Positions 10,607 to 24,462 are shown, numbered from the stretch's first letter. The stretch: 64,000 nt of DNA from Escherichia coli (GCF_044324875.1 NZ_CP172185.1); one strand, 5' to 3'. A program made the numbers and translations. Notes: a model not told the origin generated them from the sequence alone.

Positions 10607-10975
10607 TTACTTTTTCGTTTCGGGCGTCGGATAAACAGCCAGATAAACGTAACCACAGGAGCCGAGGGTGTCGGCTTCGCAGGTCAGCCCTTTCGCATAC
10701 AGCGTGACGGTATGCTGATGTCGGGGATTCAGTTCACCGCTGGTGAGCATGAGTTCCAGTTGTTTCATCAGCAGCGGAAAGGCCTGGTCCAGATGGTATG
10801 CATCTGCGTCGCTGAAGCGGCCTCTGATACCGGCGCGGTCGGCAAGGTAATGCAGGCGGTTACCCTCCTGCACCAGACGAGCGCCAAAACAGGGCCTCAC
10901 TGTGCAGGGAAGCCCCCACCAGGGGCGGTCGTGATTGTCGTCGGGATGAGTTATCCCGGAGAGTTTGTCTGACAC
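10607..10975 (-). CDS. cbeA: type IV toxin-antitoxin antitoxin CbeA/YeeU family
   Basis: 122 aa; strong identity to remembered YeeU ([40 protein letters not shown]). Confidence 0.9.
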   Translation of the reverse strand: MSDKLSGITHPDDNHDRPWWGLPCTVRPCFGARLVQEGNRLHYLADRAGIRGRFSDADAYHLDQAFPLLMKQLELMLTSGELNPRHQHTVTLYAKGLTCEADTLGSCGYVYLAVYPTPETKK

Positions 10976-11137
10976 GATAAAATCCTCTCTGAAAAGTGGT
11001 TAAGAATGGTTTAATGATGACAGGTCAGCCGGCGCGCTGACCGGTTTCGGTGAAGGTGTATTCGTTGATGAGAATGGCCTCATCCACAGCGGCGTCTGAG
11101 GTCATCTGGTCGTACTCGTTTCCCGGGTGACGGAACA

Positions 11138-11359
11138 TCAGTTCAGGGTGACACTCATCAGCCGGACATACGGGCCAAAACTGTCCTTACGGCGTTCTGC
11201 AAATACAGCCAGCACACCGGGAATATCCTGCACTTCACGACCGGTATACGCTTCAGTGCCACCATGCCAGCGGTATTTGCCGGTACAGAACGGAAAAAGA
11301 CGGGATGCAGGATGCTGACGGTGAATACGCATGGCTTCACCACGGGTGATGATTTTCAT
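11138..11359 (-). CDS. YeeT-like protein (DUF987)
   Basis: 73 aa, MKIITRGEAMRIH...VRLMSVTLN matches remembered YeeT. Confidence 0.8.
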   Translation of the reverse strand: MKIITRGEAMRIHRQHPASRLFPFCTGKYRWHGGTEAYTGREVQDIPGVLAVFAERRKDSFGPYVRLMSVTLN

Positions 11360-11427
11360 AGTGTGATACCTCTGAAGACAGAAGATAAAAGTGAAAACAG
11401 GTGTGATGTGGTTGTGACGGTGACGGG

Positions 11428-11904
11428 TTAAAGCAGACCGTGTTCCGCAAAGGAGAAAACCTGGCTGCCACCGATTATCAGATGGTCCGGCACCCGGATA
11501 TCCACCAGGGCCAGTGCCTGTACCAGACGTTCCGTAATAAGGCGGTCTGCCTTGCTGGGTGTGACTTCACCTGACGGGTGATTGTGTGCCAGCACCACGG
11601 CAGCGGCATTGTGATACAGGGCGCGTTTAATCACTTCCCGGGGATGGACTTCCGTGCGGTTGATGGTGCCGGTGAAGAGGGTTTCACCGGCAATCAGCTG
11701 ATTCTGGTTATTCAGATACAGCACCCGGAACTCTTCACGCTCCAGTCCCGCCATGTTCAGAATCAGCCATTCCCGTGCCGCACGGGTGGAGGTGAAGGCC
11801 ACACCGGGTTCATGAAGATGGCGGTCCAGGGTTTTCAGAGCCCGCAGAATGAGACTGCGCTCGCCGGGCGTCATTTCTCCGGGCAGAAAGGAAAGCTGCT
11901 GCAT
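11428..11904 (-). CDS. RadC-like JAB-domain protein (YeeS/YfjY family)
   Basis: JAB/MPN motif HNHPSGEVTPSKAD; start placed at the second ATG, which has a GGAGG RBS. Confidence 0.85.
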   Translation of the reverse strand: MQQLSFLPGEMTPGERSLILRALKTLDRHLHEPGVAFTSTRAAREWLILNMAGLEREEFRVLYLNNQNQLIAGETLFTGTINRTEVHPREVIKRALYHNAAAVVLAHNHPSGEVTPSKADRLITERLVQALALVDIRVPDHLIIGGSQVFSFAEHGLL

Positions 11905-11919
11905 TGTCCCTGCCTCCAT

Positions 11920-12405
11920 TCAGTCGATGATGCGCATAATGGCGCTGCATTCCGGATGCTGCAGGGCGTAATCCCGCAGCCGGTAATAATGGACCGTCAT
12001 GGCATAACACTCCGTACGACAGGCGTGATGACTGTACGTCATCAGACAGGCAGCAATGCCGGCGGCTTCCGGGCTCATTTCAGCGCGGTTACCGTTCATG
12101 GCATTGAACAGTACCCATGTTTCGCCATCATCGTCATCCGGTTCGGGCGCTATAAATGCGCCACCGTTGTTCAGTGTGTACAGATTCCAGATACCACCGC
12201 AGTAGTCTTCGCAAAGACGGTCCATCCAGCCGAAGATACGGGGCTCCAGGGTCACCCACTGTGGAATGAGGCAAAAATGCTGCGGCCAGAAGCTGATGCG
12301 CTGTTCATCAGGGACTATGGTGGCAACCAGCTGAGGCTGGTCATTCCCTGATGCAGCGGTTACGGAAACAGAAGATGTGGTGGAATTATGTGAAATGGTT
12401 TTCAT
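11920..12405 (-). CDS. antirestriction protein (ArdB/KlcA-like, YfjX family)
   Basis: 161 aa; position and acidic patch (EPDDDDGETW) as in island antirestriction proteins. Confidence 0.7.
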   Translation of the reverse strand: MKTISHNSTTSSVSVTAASGNDQPQLVATIVPDEQRISFWPQHFCLIPQWVTLEPRIFGWMDRLCEDYCGGIWNLYTLNNGGAFIAPEPDDDDGETWVLFNAMNGNRAEMSPEAAGIAACLMTYSHHACRTECYAMTVHYYRLRDYALQHPECSAIMRIID

Positions 12406-12459
12406 GAAATGACTCCTTAAAGGACAAATAAATGCGTGGTTTTCAGGGTAATGGCTGAA

Positions 12460-13278
12460 TCAGCGCAGGCTCTCCAGCAGCGTTTCCGCCATCACCCACA
12501 ATGCGCGGTTGAGCTTAATGTCAGTGTCAATGCTGTGAATGGCACGGGTATGGATACGTTTTCCTTTAGCGCTGCGACCTGAAATTCCGCCTTTCAGCAT
12601 ATTCTCCTGAATGGTCTGATAAGCACTCCACAGGTCCTTACCGTAATCCTCCCGGCGTCGTGGCGTCAGAATGTCGGCGGTGGTGACGGGCTGATGTTCG
12701 TCACCATAACGGTAAGTCAGTGCCGCCTGTGCCAGCGCCTGGCGTGCCGGTGGCGGCAGGACCAGCGACTGCATGGCATCACGCTTCTCCTCTATCCGGT
12801 CAAACACGCCCACCACCTCGTAAGCCCCTTCAATGACTCTGTCCACCACATTTCCCCGGTGCGGAACACGCACTTCCCCCCGAGACTGACCGCAGACGCA
12901 TCCGTTCTGGCAGACGAACCTGAAGTAACCCGGCAGCATCTGGTAGCTGGAGGTACCGTCATGAGAGTTGAGCAGAATAATTTCAGGGACATGTTCTCCG
13001 TTTATCTCTCCGGCCCGCCGCAGACGCAGCATGTGTTTTGTGTATCCCCGGCGGCCCGGGTCGCGCACACGGGTCTGGCAGGCGAAGAATGGCTGAAAGC
13101 CTTCCCGCTGCAGGCTTTCCAGTACGGTGATGGTGGGGATGTACGTATAGTTCTGGCTTCGGGACGTGTGTTTATCTTCCCCGAAAATCCCCGGCACATA
13201 GTGCATCAGTTCTTCGTGTGTCAGCGGACGGTCACGGCGTATCTGGTTCGCATAACCAAAACGACTGGCTAGTCGCAT
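12460..13278 (-). CDS. DUF932 protein (YfjQ/YafZ family)
   Basis: 272 aa; conserved position upstream of the antirestriction gene in CP4-type islands. Confidence 0.7.
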   Translation of the reverse strand: MRLASRFGYANQIRRDRPLTHEELMHYVPGIFGEDKHTSRSQNYTYIPTITVLESLQREGFQPFFACQTRVRDPGRRGYTKHMLRLRRAGEINGEHVPEIILLNSHDGTSSYQMLPGYFRFVCQNGCVCGQSRGEVRVPHRGNVVDRVIEGAYEVVGVFDRIEEKRDAMQSLVLPPPARQALAQAALTYRYGDEHQPVTTADILTPRRREDYGKDLWSAYQTIQENMLKGGISGRSAKGKRIHTRAIHSIDTDIKLNRALWVMAETLLESLR

Positions 13279-13377
13279 AATTTGCTCCTTATCGGTGGTT
13301 AAGATTTACTGGTGTAATAAATGAAAAAGCCACGTCTCCCGGAGAAGACGCGGCCTGATGGGTGAAATGAATGACGT

Positions 13378-13611
13378 TTATTGTCTGAGAAGACCGTCAC
13401 TGGCGAGCCGCGTATTAAGCACCTTTCCGGCATCGGGTTCAGAATTCCGGCAGCGCCAGCGTCGCTGACCTTCCGCGTTGCGGATAACCCGACGGAAATG
13501 CATTCCCGGGTCATCCTGGATAAACACATTGCGGTAAGCTGTTATGACAGCAACCGCCTGCCCGTATGAGAAAGATCCTTCAGCCAGGACATACTCTGTG
13601 TAACCCGGCAT
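13378..13611 (-). CDS. DUF905-like small protein (YkfF/YpjJ family)
   Basis: motif ...[45 protein letters not shown] resembles remembered YkfF; an overlapping alternative-frame ORF (13299-13529) was not called. Confidence 0.45.
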   Translation of the reverse strand: MPGYTEYVLAEGSFSYGQAVAVITAYRNVFIQDDPGMHFRRVIRNAEGQRRWRCRNSEPDAGKVLNTRLASDGLLRQ

Positions 13612-13689
13612 ATCTGTTTTCTCCTGATAAATAAAAAGCCTCTGCCACGCGTTGTGACAGAGGCTGAAGCATGAAACTGACTTCAGGGA

Positions 13690-14145
13690 TCAGTTAACGT
13701 TTTTTCCGGAAACGGTAATCAGCAGTGGATGGTAGTCCTGGGGATTGAAAACCGATAACGGCAGACTGACACGATGGCCGTTACTTTCTTCAGTTGCTTT
13801 AATGATTTCGGTTGTGGCGACATTTTCCACGCACTCCGTTTCCAGAAATGCGTCTGTGGTTCGCGTGGCATTACTGTCACCAAAAGCTTCCGTTTCCATT
13901 TTTCTGGTCACCAGCGTCTGACCATATTTGTCTTTGAGTTGCAGAGTGATGGTGAGGGGGCCAAATCCTTCATCGTTTCCGCCATTATCCAGCCGGAACT
14001 GGTAAGCACAAATATTTCCCGGGAGCCATATCGTATCTGTATTGCGTATACTGATGTAACGTTGATCCTGTGCCCGGAGTGGGGCAGACCACGTTAACCC
14101 CAGAATGAAGGCGGTAATCATGCAGGTTTTGAACAGGTGAATCAT
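13690..14145 (-). CDS. secreted/lipoprotein, YfjS/YafY-like
   Basis: 151 aa with N-terminal signal peptide (MIHLFKTCMITAFILGLTWSAPLRA). Confidence 0.6.
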   Translation of the reverse strand: MIHLFKTCMITAFILGLTWSAPLRAQDQRYISIRNTDTIWLPGNICAYQFRLDNGGNDEGFGPLTITLQLKDKYGQTLVTRKMETEAFGDSNATRTTDAFLETECVENVATTEIIKATEESNGHRVSLPLSVFNPQDYHPLLITVSGKNVN

Positions 14146-14220
14146 GGTATTTACCTCTCTGAGTCATGACGATGACACTGACAAATCAGGTGATAAAGCG
14201 TAAAAGGCGCAGAATAGCCG

Positions 14221-16743
14221 TTATGCCGGTAACTCCGGGGGTAATGCTTCTTCCAGTCGGTTAACCATATTGCCGAGATGGGATGCATCATATTCCATGA
14301 CGGGGCGTTGCCTGATGATACTGACCACCAGTGGTTTGATTAACATATTGGTCGCGGCCCGTTGTTGTATACCGGCGGCGAAAATGATCTCCAGAGCATT
14401 CTGATCGATAACACGGGCCAGATTCTCGTTCAGATTTTCAATCTCATGTCCGGTCAGCAGGAAACTGCCGGCAAGCCATGTCACCTGCTCCTGAATCATT
14501 GCCAGAATTTTGACGCGATCTTCTTCAACCAGCGCTCCGGCAATTTTTCCTGATACAGCGGAGGCAATCATTCCCCCCAGAACACCGCCAACCACACGCC
14601 CTGTCAGTGCACCAAATGGTCCCAGTGGACTGAACAGTATTCCGCCCGCCACTGACCCGACAGCACCACCTGCCACACCGGAAGATGCCACGGCAAGATT
14701 CCTGATGAACTGCGTACCGGAGATCCGTCCCCGCAACATTTTGATCATGTCAGGGCCGGTTGTGACAGCTACCAGTGCCAGAGATGTCACCAGCGTACCC
14801 TTCATCACTTTGTTCAGGGCACTGATATTTCCTGCACCGGTCCCCTTCTGAAGAGCCAGTCGGACAGTCGGGCTGGCAGTCGAAAAATCAATGTGCTTCA
14901 GCATACCCTGAACAACACTGAGCCGGTGGAGTTGCTGGGTTGTGACGTAGACAGCCAGTGTGCGGGTGAAGGTTTTTCCTGCCTGGACAGCAGCTGTCTG
15001 CAGGGCAGCATCGCGATCGCCGGTGCTGAGCCAGAAGACCGATGCCGTCAGGGCAAAACTGATCCCTCCGGCCGCCAGACTGACAACCGAACCCTCGGCA
15101 ATATCATAAGTGACCGATTCGATGGTCCCGAACCGGGTGATATTACGGGCCTGAGTATAAGTCAGATGTCCCCGACGAATCAGCCGGGATGCTTCTGCGG
15201 GATCGGTTACACCGGGTACTTTACCTTCGCGGATCTTATTCCTCATGGTTTCAACAGCGCCGGCATACTGATCACGGGGGACTTCCAGTTGCATGGGGCC
15301 ATTATTTCCCATGTAACGATACTGTCCGTTTTGTCCGTCGAATGCCGCACCGACGCTACGGGCTGCAGTTGAACAATATTTCGTCTGGATTTCTGTTCCG
15401 CTGACCAGTCTGTCTGCTCCATTTCTGGCATTATTATCACCGAGGATCCGTGCGTTTTTCAGACGGACTCTGTCGACAATATGGTTTCCCCGTTCAGCGG
15501 CAAACCCATGTCCCTGCCCTCCGGAAGCAAACATTTTCTCATTTGTACTCCAGGTTTCCGGCAGTTTCATGAGAATCAGACCATTCGCCGTTGCATCGGA
15601 AATAAAGCTGTTGTAAGGGCGTTCATAAATTTCCTGACACAGTGTTTCTGTTTCGCGACAAAGAGAGGAGCAGTACCATTCCGGATCCGGCTTATGATTT
15701 TCCGGGGCATGATGTACTTCTGTCAGCCCGCAGGAGGCACAGATACGAAGCTCATCCACGTGATGGAATGATACAAAACGGCGACCTTCTGAAAAGGGAT
15801 ACCAGTCACCGCCGTCCAGGCAACGATCGAGAAAATCGTCATTCGCTTCCGGTGATAAATTCAGGCGGTTCCGGAAGAGCGTTTTCAGTTCATCAGGTGT
15901 GAATGACAGGTTCTCTTTCAACTGTTCGTTAAACCCTGCCATGTTTCTTTCATACCAGGCATTGTTCAGTAACCAGTTTCCGTCTGCCAGTTCAAATTCC
16001 CTCAGCTCTCCCCGGGAAATCCGTTGAGAAATGAGCGTCAGCCAGATGCGCTCCGTCAGTGAGTCAGGAAGGCTGTAATCGTTTTGCAAACTGGTCAGCC
16101 ACGATTTACTGTTGAGCACCGGTTGTTCTTCCAGTGTCTGGCTGATGGCACAGGTCAGTTTTTTCAGCGCCTGGATTTGGCTGGCCGCCCATAGCAGCGT
16201 CACTAATGCAGCCAGCCAGTACAACAACCCGCCCCACCACATCAGTGACGGTGAAATATCGTACTGTAACGCGATCAATGGTGCGCATGCAGAACACGCC
16301 ATAAGGAAAAAGGCAGTATAAAAACAGCAGTAATACCCGTTAATTTCCTTGCTGATATCTTCTGGTGTGATCCCGTTCTGCTGAATGTTTTTGATCTGCA
16401 GGGGAACAGCCAGCAGACCACCGGCGAGAGCGGTGGTCAGAATAAATTTCACAGAGTCAAAGGTGTGAGCCTCCAGCGCGATATGTTTACCATCAAGTCC
16501 CCACATGAAGCTGATGATCATTCCGGCAATCGTCAGAAATACGCCTGCCAGCCAGCGAATATGGAACAACCGGGTTATGCGTTCGGTGATATAGCCAGCC
16601 AGTAAGGCCGGGCCGAACAGACACAGCAATATGAGCCCTGCCAGCGCAGAAGCCGTGCTGATTAATGCTCTGAACAAAAGGCGAAGAATGGCAAATCCTG
16701 CGATCAGCAGGATCAGCGCGCCGACTATCTGTAACATAGTCAC
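14221..16743 (-). CDS. large inner-membrane protein, YeeR-like (downstream of Ag43)
   Basis: 840 aa; N-terminal TM helices, Cys cluster (CASCG...CSSLC), C-terminal Gly-zipper-rich hydrophobic region; occupies the yeeR position. Confidence 0.7.
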   Translation of the reverse strand: MTMLQIVGALILLIAGFAILRLLFRALISTASALAGLILLCLFGPALLAGYITERITRLFHIRWLAGVFLTIAGMIISFMWGLDGKHIALEAHTFDSVKFILTTALAGGLLAVPLQIKNIQQNGITPEDISKEINGYYCCFYTAFFLMACSACAPLIALQYDISPSLMWWGGLLYWLAALVTLLWAASQIQALKKLTCAISQTLEEQPVLNSKSWLTSLQNDYSLPDSLTERIWLTLISQRISRGELREFELADGNWLLNNAWYERNMAGFNEQLKENLSFTPDELKTLFRNRLNLSPEANDDFLDRCLDGGDWYPFSEGRRFVSFHHVDELRICASCGLTEVHHAPENHKPDPEWYCSSLCRETETLCQEIYERPYNSFISDATANGLILMKLPETWSTNEKMFASGGQGHGFAAERGNHIVDRVRLKNARILGDNNARNGADRLVSGTEIQTKYCSTAARSVGAAFDGQNGQYRYMGNNGPMQLEVPRDQYAGAVETMRNKIREGKVPGVTDPAEASRLIRRGHLTYTQARNITRFGTIESVTYDIAEGSVVSLAAGGISFALTASVFWLSTGDRDAALQTAAVQAGKTFTRTLAVYVTTQQLHRLSVVQGMLKHIDFSTASPTVRLALQKGTGAGNISALNKVMKGTLVTSLALVAVTTGPDMIKMLRGRISGTQFIRNLAVASSGVAGGAVGSVAGGILFSPLGPFGALTGRVVGGVLGGMIASAVSGKIAGALVEEDRVKILAMIQEQVTWLAGSFLLTGHEIENLNENLARVIDQNALEIIFAAGIQQRAATNMLIKPLVVSIIRQRPVMEYDASHLGNMVNRLEEALPPELPA

Positions 16744-16857
16744 TCCGTGATGAATATCATGTTATTGTTAATGCCAGCGAATGTGGCGTTGAATATCCGT
16801 TGCGCCGGTCCGGGTCCCGATCATGATGACCGGGACCACAGAGAGGCGATGGTTCTG

Positions 16858-20239
<3,382 letters not shown>

Positions 20240-20394
20240 CCACTACAAAACAGCATGGTCAGATAAAGTGGTTTTTCCCGGACATAAATGTTTCCCCTCT
20301 CTCATCCGCCAGAGAAGCATCAGTCCGTTGTGTGCAATTCCGTTCTGCATGATGAAGAGATTCAGCTGCCTTTTCGCAGACCATTAACCACTAT

Positions 20395-20440
20395 AAACGA
20401 TCGATAGTAACGATCGATACCTGTTTTATCGATCGTTTTA
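20395..20440 (-). promoter_or_regulatory. agn43-type phase-variation switch: three GATC (Dam) sites within the OxyR binding region
   Basis: AACGATCGATAGTAACGATCGATACCTGTTTTATCGATCGTTTT with GATC at 20399, 20412 and 20431; lies between the YeeP-like gene and the flu remnant. Confidence 0.6.
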
Positions 20441-20553
20441 TTCTATTAACGGCAGGGAAGTCACGCAAGAGAAAGAGGTGGGTATGAGGGGGGGGGGGTC
20501 ATGTTTTCAGTTGGTTAACGCAATGTAATCAGGCATTTCCCCTGGCAGAGTGT

Positions 20554-21423
20554 TCAGAAGAAAATCCAGTTCCATACAGCGCGGGCAACAGAGACCACCG
20601 AGTCACGGACGGCACGCAGAACCGTGCGTGCAACAGAGGCAATACAGACGCTCTCCGCCGTGTCAAATATCCGGTCCACCGCACCGGTAAACTGTTCACG
20701 GGCCTGAGACCGGACAGATTCCGTGCGCAGCTCGTCCTGCAGGCGGGTCATCAGGGGACTGGCGGCATGGTCGGGAAGCGCTGTCATGAGCGCACTGACC
20801 AGCGTATCCAGTTCCCAGCCGGTGCGGGCCGATACGGCCACAACCGGATGTACGGGCCGGAACAGACGGAATACCGCCTCCGTTTTTTCGCGAATATTCT
20901 GTGCCTGTGCGGGAGAAGGCTGAATACCGGCCATATCCCATTCATGGCAGGGCTCCGTTTTGTCGGCCTGCGTCACCACAAACAGCACCTGCTGATGTCC
21001 CCGGTGCAGGATGTGTCGCCAGAAATACTCATCCACAGACAGGGCGCGGTCATCGGCTTTAATCAGCCACAGCACCAGGTCCAGTTCGGGCAGAATGTCA
21101 CGGTACAGGGCTTCATACTCTGCATCCCTGTCCCGGCTCTCGCCCACCCCGGGCAGGTCAGTGATAACCATGCTGTGACCGTGGCCACTCAGACGGAAGC
21201 GCCGCACTTCCCGGGTGCCGGCGTGAACATCACTGACCGGGGTGACCTCCCCCTGAAACAGTGCATTACAGAGTGAGGATTTACCGGCCCCGCTTTTACC
21301 CATAATGCCAATCACGGGTTCGTGACTGGTGAGTTTGCGCAGATGTTCCAGGATGTGACGGGAAAGTGAGTAAGGCAGGGAGGAGAGCGGTTTTTCAATT
21401 GCCTCAATGGCATCAGACGGATT
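20554..21423 (-). CDS. YeeP/YfjP/YkfA-family GTPase (50S ribosome-binding GTPase fold)
   Basis: P-loop GIMGKSGAGKSS, G3 DLPG; start placed at the internal ATG (MNPSDAIEA). Confidence 0.8.
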   Translation of the reverse strand, partial: NPSDAIEAIEKPLSSLPYSLSRHILEHLRKLTSHEPVIGIMGKSGAGKSSLCNALFQGEVTPVSDVHAGTREVRRFRLSGHGHSMVITDLPGVGESRDRDAEYEALYRDILPELDLVLWLIKADDRALSVDEYFWRHILHRGHQQVLFVVTQADKTEPCHEWDMAGIQPSPAQAQNIREKTEAVFRLFRPVHPVVAVSARTGWELDTLVSALMTALPDHAASPLMTRLQDELRTESVRSQAREQFTGAVDRIFDTAESVCIASVARTVLRAVRDSVVSVARAVWNWIFF

Positions 21424-22656
21424 CATACATGTATTCCCGGTGAAAAAAGACAAAACCCCGCGCACCGGAAAGGTGGCGGGGGATTCACGGAGATAATATC
21501 TGTCTGAAATTGTTTTGAATCGATGGGATTGTTGCGTATTAACATGAAGGAGATCAGGACTTATCCGTTACTGGGTGATCTCCTTCCATGAAAATACGCC
21601 GTTATTGTTAAACAGCAGGCTGATTTCTCCGTAAAGGGGAAAATATTTATCGGCTGTATGATTATCAGGTGTGTCTGTGTTTACTGCTGTGAGTATTTTT
21701 TAGTGTATTGTGGGGGAGATGTCAGTGGGAGATATTAAATTTACGTTTATAATTATCTTACTTCTTCTGTGTGTTTTTTATAAGAGTGCACACGTAATGA
21801 TATCTGTTGATACCATGTGGTTAAGTGTTTCCCTTCCTGGTCATGCGTAATGATTAAATGCTTTTGTGACACCATTCTTCCGGTCTGAATATTTATCCCG
21901 TTCTTTTTTATTTGTGCAGTGATACTGTCGGAAGAGAATTCAGTAATGTGAGGTGTCCTGGTCAGGATAATATCTGCTGAGATATTATTAGTTGAGGGTG
22001 TTTTTACTGAGCAAAAGCTGGCTTTTAATTCCTGTACTGAAACACTGTCGCTCGTCCGGGGTTAACTGAAACTGGATGATGATGTAAAATGAAGGCTGTT
22101 TTTGTGTTTGTCGAAGAAGTGTTATTTTAATCCATTCTCATCATTGGCTGGCGATTATACAGAAGTATTTGAAGAAAAAATGGTGCATTTTATCTGTGTC
22201 AGCAGGGAAGAAGTATTTTATTGATGTATCAGTATTAAATGGTTTTTGTTATTTATAAAAATGTCATCCTGTCCATAGAATATTGTACTCAGCATTCAGT
22301 GCAGGAACTGTAGTCTTCTTTATTTTATTCTTCTTCAGGAGGGGGGTGATTCCTGAAGGCGTTATTCCCGGTGTTCTGTTTATGATTCTTCCCGGCAGGA
22401 AACCGGTATCTGCAATACCCGGGATGATGCTTTTTGTTCGTACGTGGTTGTGTAAAATTTGAATAGTGGATGTGCTCCGAAGGGAAGGAGGGGACACACA
22501 GATTCATTTTGTCTTTCTTCAGCAGCAAAATACACTGTGGTTATTATTTAACCATTAAATCAACAAAAATTTTTACCTCATATTGATTTGACTGCTATTT
22601 TTGCTATTAATAGCCAGAATTGCAGTGCTTTTATATCTGTGTATAGTGAGGTTACT

Positions 22657-24141
22657 ATGTCATTCGGTCAGCCTTGTGATGAGTTTCCCCTGAGTTCGCT
22701 GCCTCCACTCATTCGTGATGCCGTTATTGAAGCTCAGCAAATTACGCAGGCTCCCCTTGGGCTTGTGGCAGCGTCTGCCCTGGGCGCTGTTTCACTTGTC
22801 TGCCAGAATCTGATTGATGTCTGCAGACTGAATACACTGCGGGGGCCGGTCTCTCTTTTTTTCCTGACGCTTGCCGAGTCCGGAGAACGAAAAACCGCAG
22901 TGGACAAATTATTAATGAAGCCCCTGTACCAGCAGGAGATGCAGTTATATTCCAGATACAAAAGTGAACTGGCTGTCTGGAAAAACAAGGAAGAGCTTTT
23001 AAAGGCTCAGAAAAAAGCATTGTTGTCAAAACTGAATAAAGAACTCCGCAAAGGCGCGGATGAGTCAGAAACCCTCAGACAACTGGAAGTACTTCAGAAA
23101 AACAGTGCGGAAGAACCTGTGAGGTATAAATTCATTTTTAATGATGCCACGACTGCGGCAATTAAGAATCAGCTTTGTGGTAAATGGCGTTCAGTTGGTA
23201 TTATGTCAGATGAAGCCGGTATTATATTTGATGGATATACCCTGTCTGAGTTGCCTTTTATTAACAAAATGTGGGATGGCTCTGTATTGTCTGTGGACAG
23301 AAAGAATGAACCCGAACAGATGATTGAAAATGCCAGAATGACGTTATCCCTCATGGTGCAACCCGGTCTTTTTGACCGATATATGGAGCGAAAAGGTTCT
23401 GTTGCCAGGGACAGTGGTTTTCTTGCCCGTTGTCTTATCAGTAAACCTGCAACCACGCAGGGGAAACGCTTTATTAACGGAGCTGTGATTCCGGGAGGAT
23501 CATTAACGGCATTTCATGAACGATTAATGGAACTGGCCAGAGGCAGTATTGAAAAATCCAGTGAGGATGAACGGTATTGTCTGCATTTTTCGCCTGAAGC
23601 GCAAAAAATATTTATTGAGCACTATAATGTTCTGGAGCAGGATTTATCCCCTTCCGGACCCTTAAGCCCGTTTCGGGGACATGTTTCAAAAAAAACAGAA
23701 AACATTGCAAGAATTGCAGCGTTATTTCAGTATTTCAGCTATGGTGAAGGGAAAATCTCTGCCGATATCATGACGTCTGCTGTCGTAATAAGTTCGTGGT
23801 ACACAGATGAATATAAAAAATTATTTGCGTTACCTGATGAATCTGAACTGCAGCAGAAGGACGCCGAGGAGCTGTTCGACTGGCTCATTGAGGAGTGCCG
23901 CGGAGAATGCCCGCCCCGTGTCAGGAAAAATTATATTCTCCAGTGTGGCCCGGGCCGGTTCAGAAACAGGAAAAAACTGAACGCATTGCTGAACATTCTT
24001 GAATCTCAGTTCAGGCTTTCTGTCGTGCCGGAAGGAAAAACCATGTATGTTCTGCTTCCCCAGATAGCCAGTTTAAAGTTGTCTGATGTCTCTGGTATTT
24101 TTACCTCGGGTTATCACTACAATAAGCTGAGAGCGAAGTAA
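22657..24141 (+). CDS. DUF3987-like protein (YfjI family, primase-associated C-terminal domain type)
   Basis: 494 aa from the ATG with GTGAGG RBS; typical P4-like island gene. Confidence 0.65.
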   Translation: MSFGQPCDEFPLSSLPPLIRDAVIEAQQITQAPLGLVAASALGAVSLVCQNLIDVCRLNTLRGPVSLFFLTLAESGERKTAVDKLLMKPLYQQEMQLYSRYKSELAVWKNKEELLKAQKKALLSKLNKELRKGADESETLRQLEVLQKNSAEEPVRYKFIFNDATTAAIKNQLCGKWRSVGIMSDEAGIIFDGYTLSELPFINKMWDGSVLSVDRKNEPEQMIENARMTLSLMVQPGLFDRYMERKGSVARDSGFLARCLISKPATTQGKRFINGAVIPGGSLTAFHERLMELARGSIEKSSEDERYCLHFSPEAQKIFIEHYNVLEQDLSPSGPLSPFRGHVSKKTENIARIAALFQYFSYGEGKISADIMTSAVVISSWYTDEYKKLFALPDESELQQKDAEELFDWLIEECRGECPPRVRKNYILQCGPGRFRNRKKLNALLNILESQFRLSVVPEGKTMYVLLPQIASLKLSDVSGIFTSGYHYNKLRAK

Positions 24142-24462
24142 CCGGTGAGCAGTTTTTCTCCATTATGCTTCAGACTTAGATGATTGATTATTATGGGGAT
24201 TTCATCACCGATATTCAGATGTATGAATATCGGTGATGAACTAAAGCTCAGGAGCTGCGTGGTGGTGATGAATCAACAGGCATATAACTGATACCCGCCG
24301 GTCAGAAGTTCCAGCCTGCGACTTTCCTGTCTGCGTGCCCGCAGTCCGGCGTTCAGGTGCAGCGTGTGACAGAACGCACGGAGAGCGAAACGGCAGGCAG
24401 ACAGGCCGTTCAGTCAGCCCTGGCACCCTGCCCGGATACCAGCTTCCCTGAAACAACTGGCA

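Noticed and set aside
11578-12351. 257-aa plus-strand ORF spanning the RadC-like and antirestriction genes
   Set aside because: It overlaps two well-supported minus-strand genes, has His/Gly-rich composition and no RBS.
13299-13529. 76-aa ORF overlapping the DUF905-like call in another frame
   Set aside because: Only the 13378-13611 frame shows the conserved DUF905-type motif; the alternative is Arg/Ser-rich with no RBS.
22588-22656. N-terminal 23-codon extension of the DUF3987-like ORF in the track
   Set aside because: The upstream start lacks an RBS and the ATG at 22657 has GTGAGG at proper spacing; the track appears to accept non-ATG starts.
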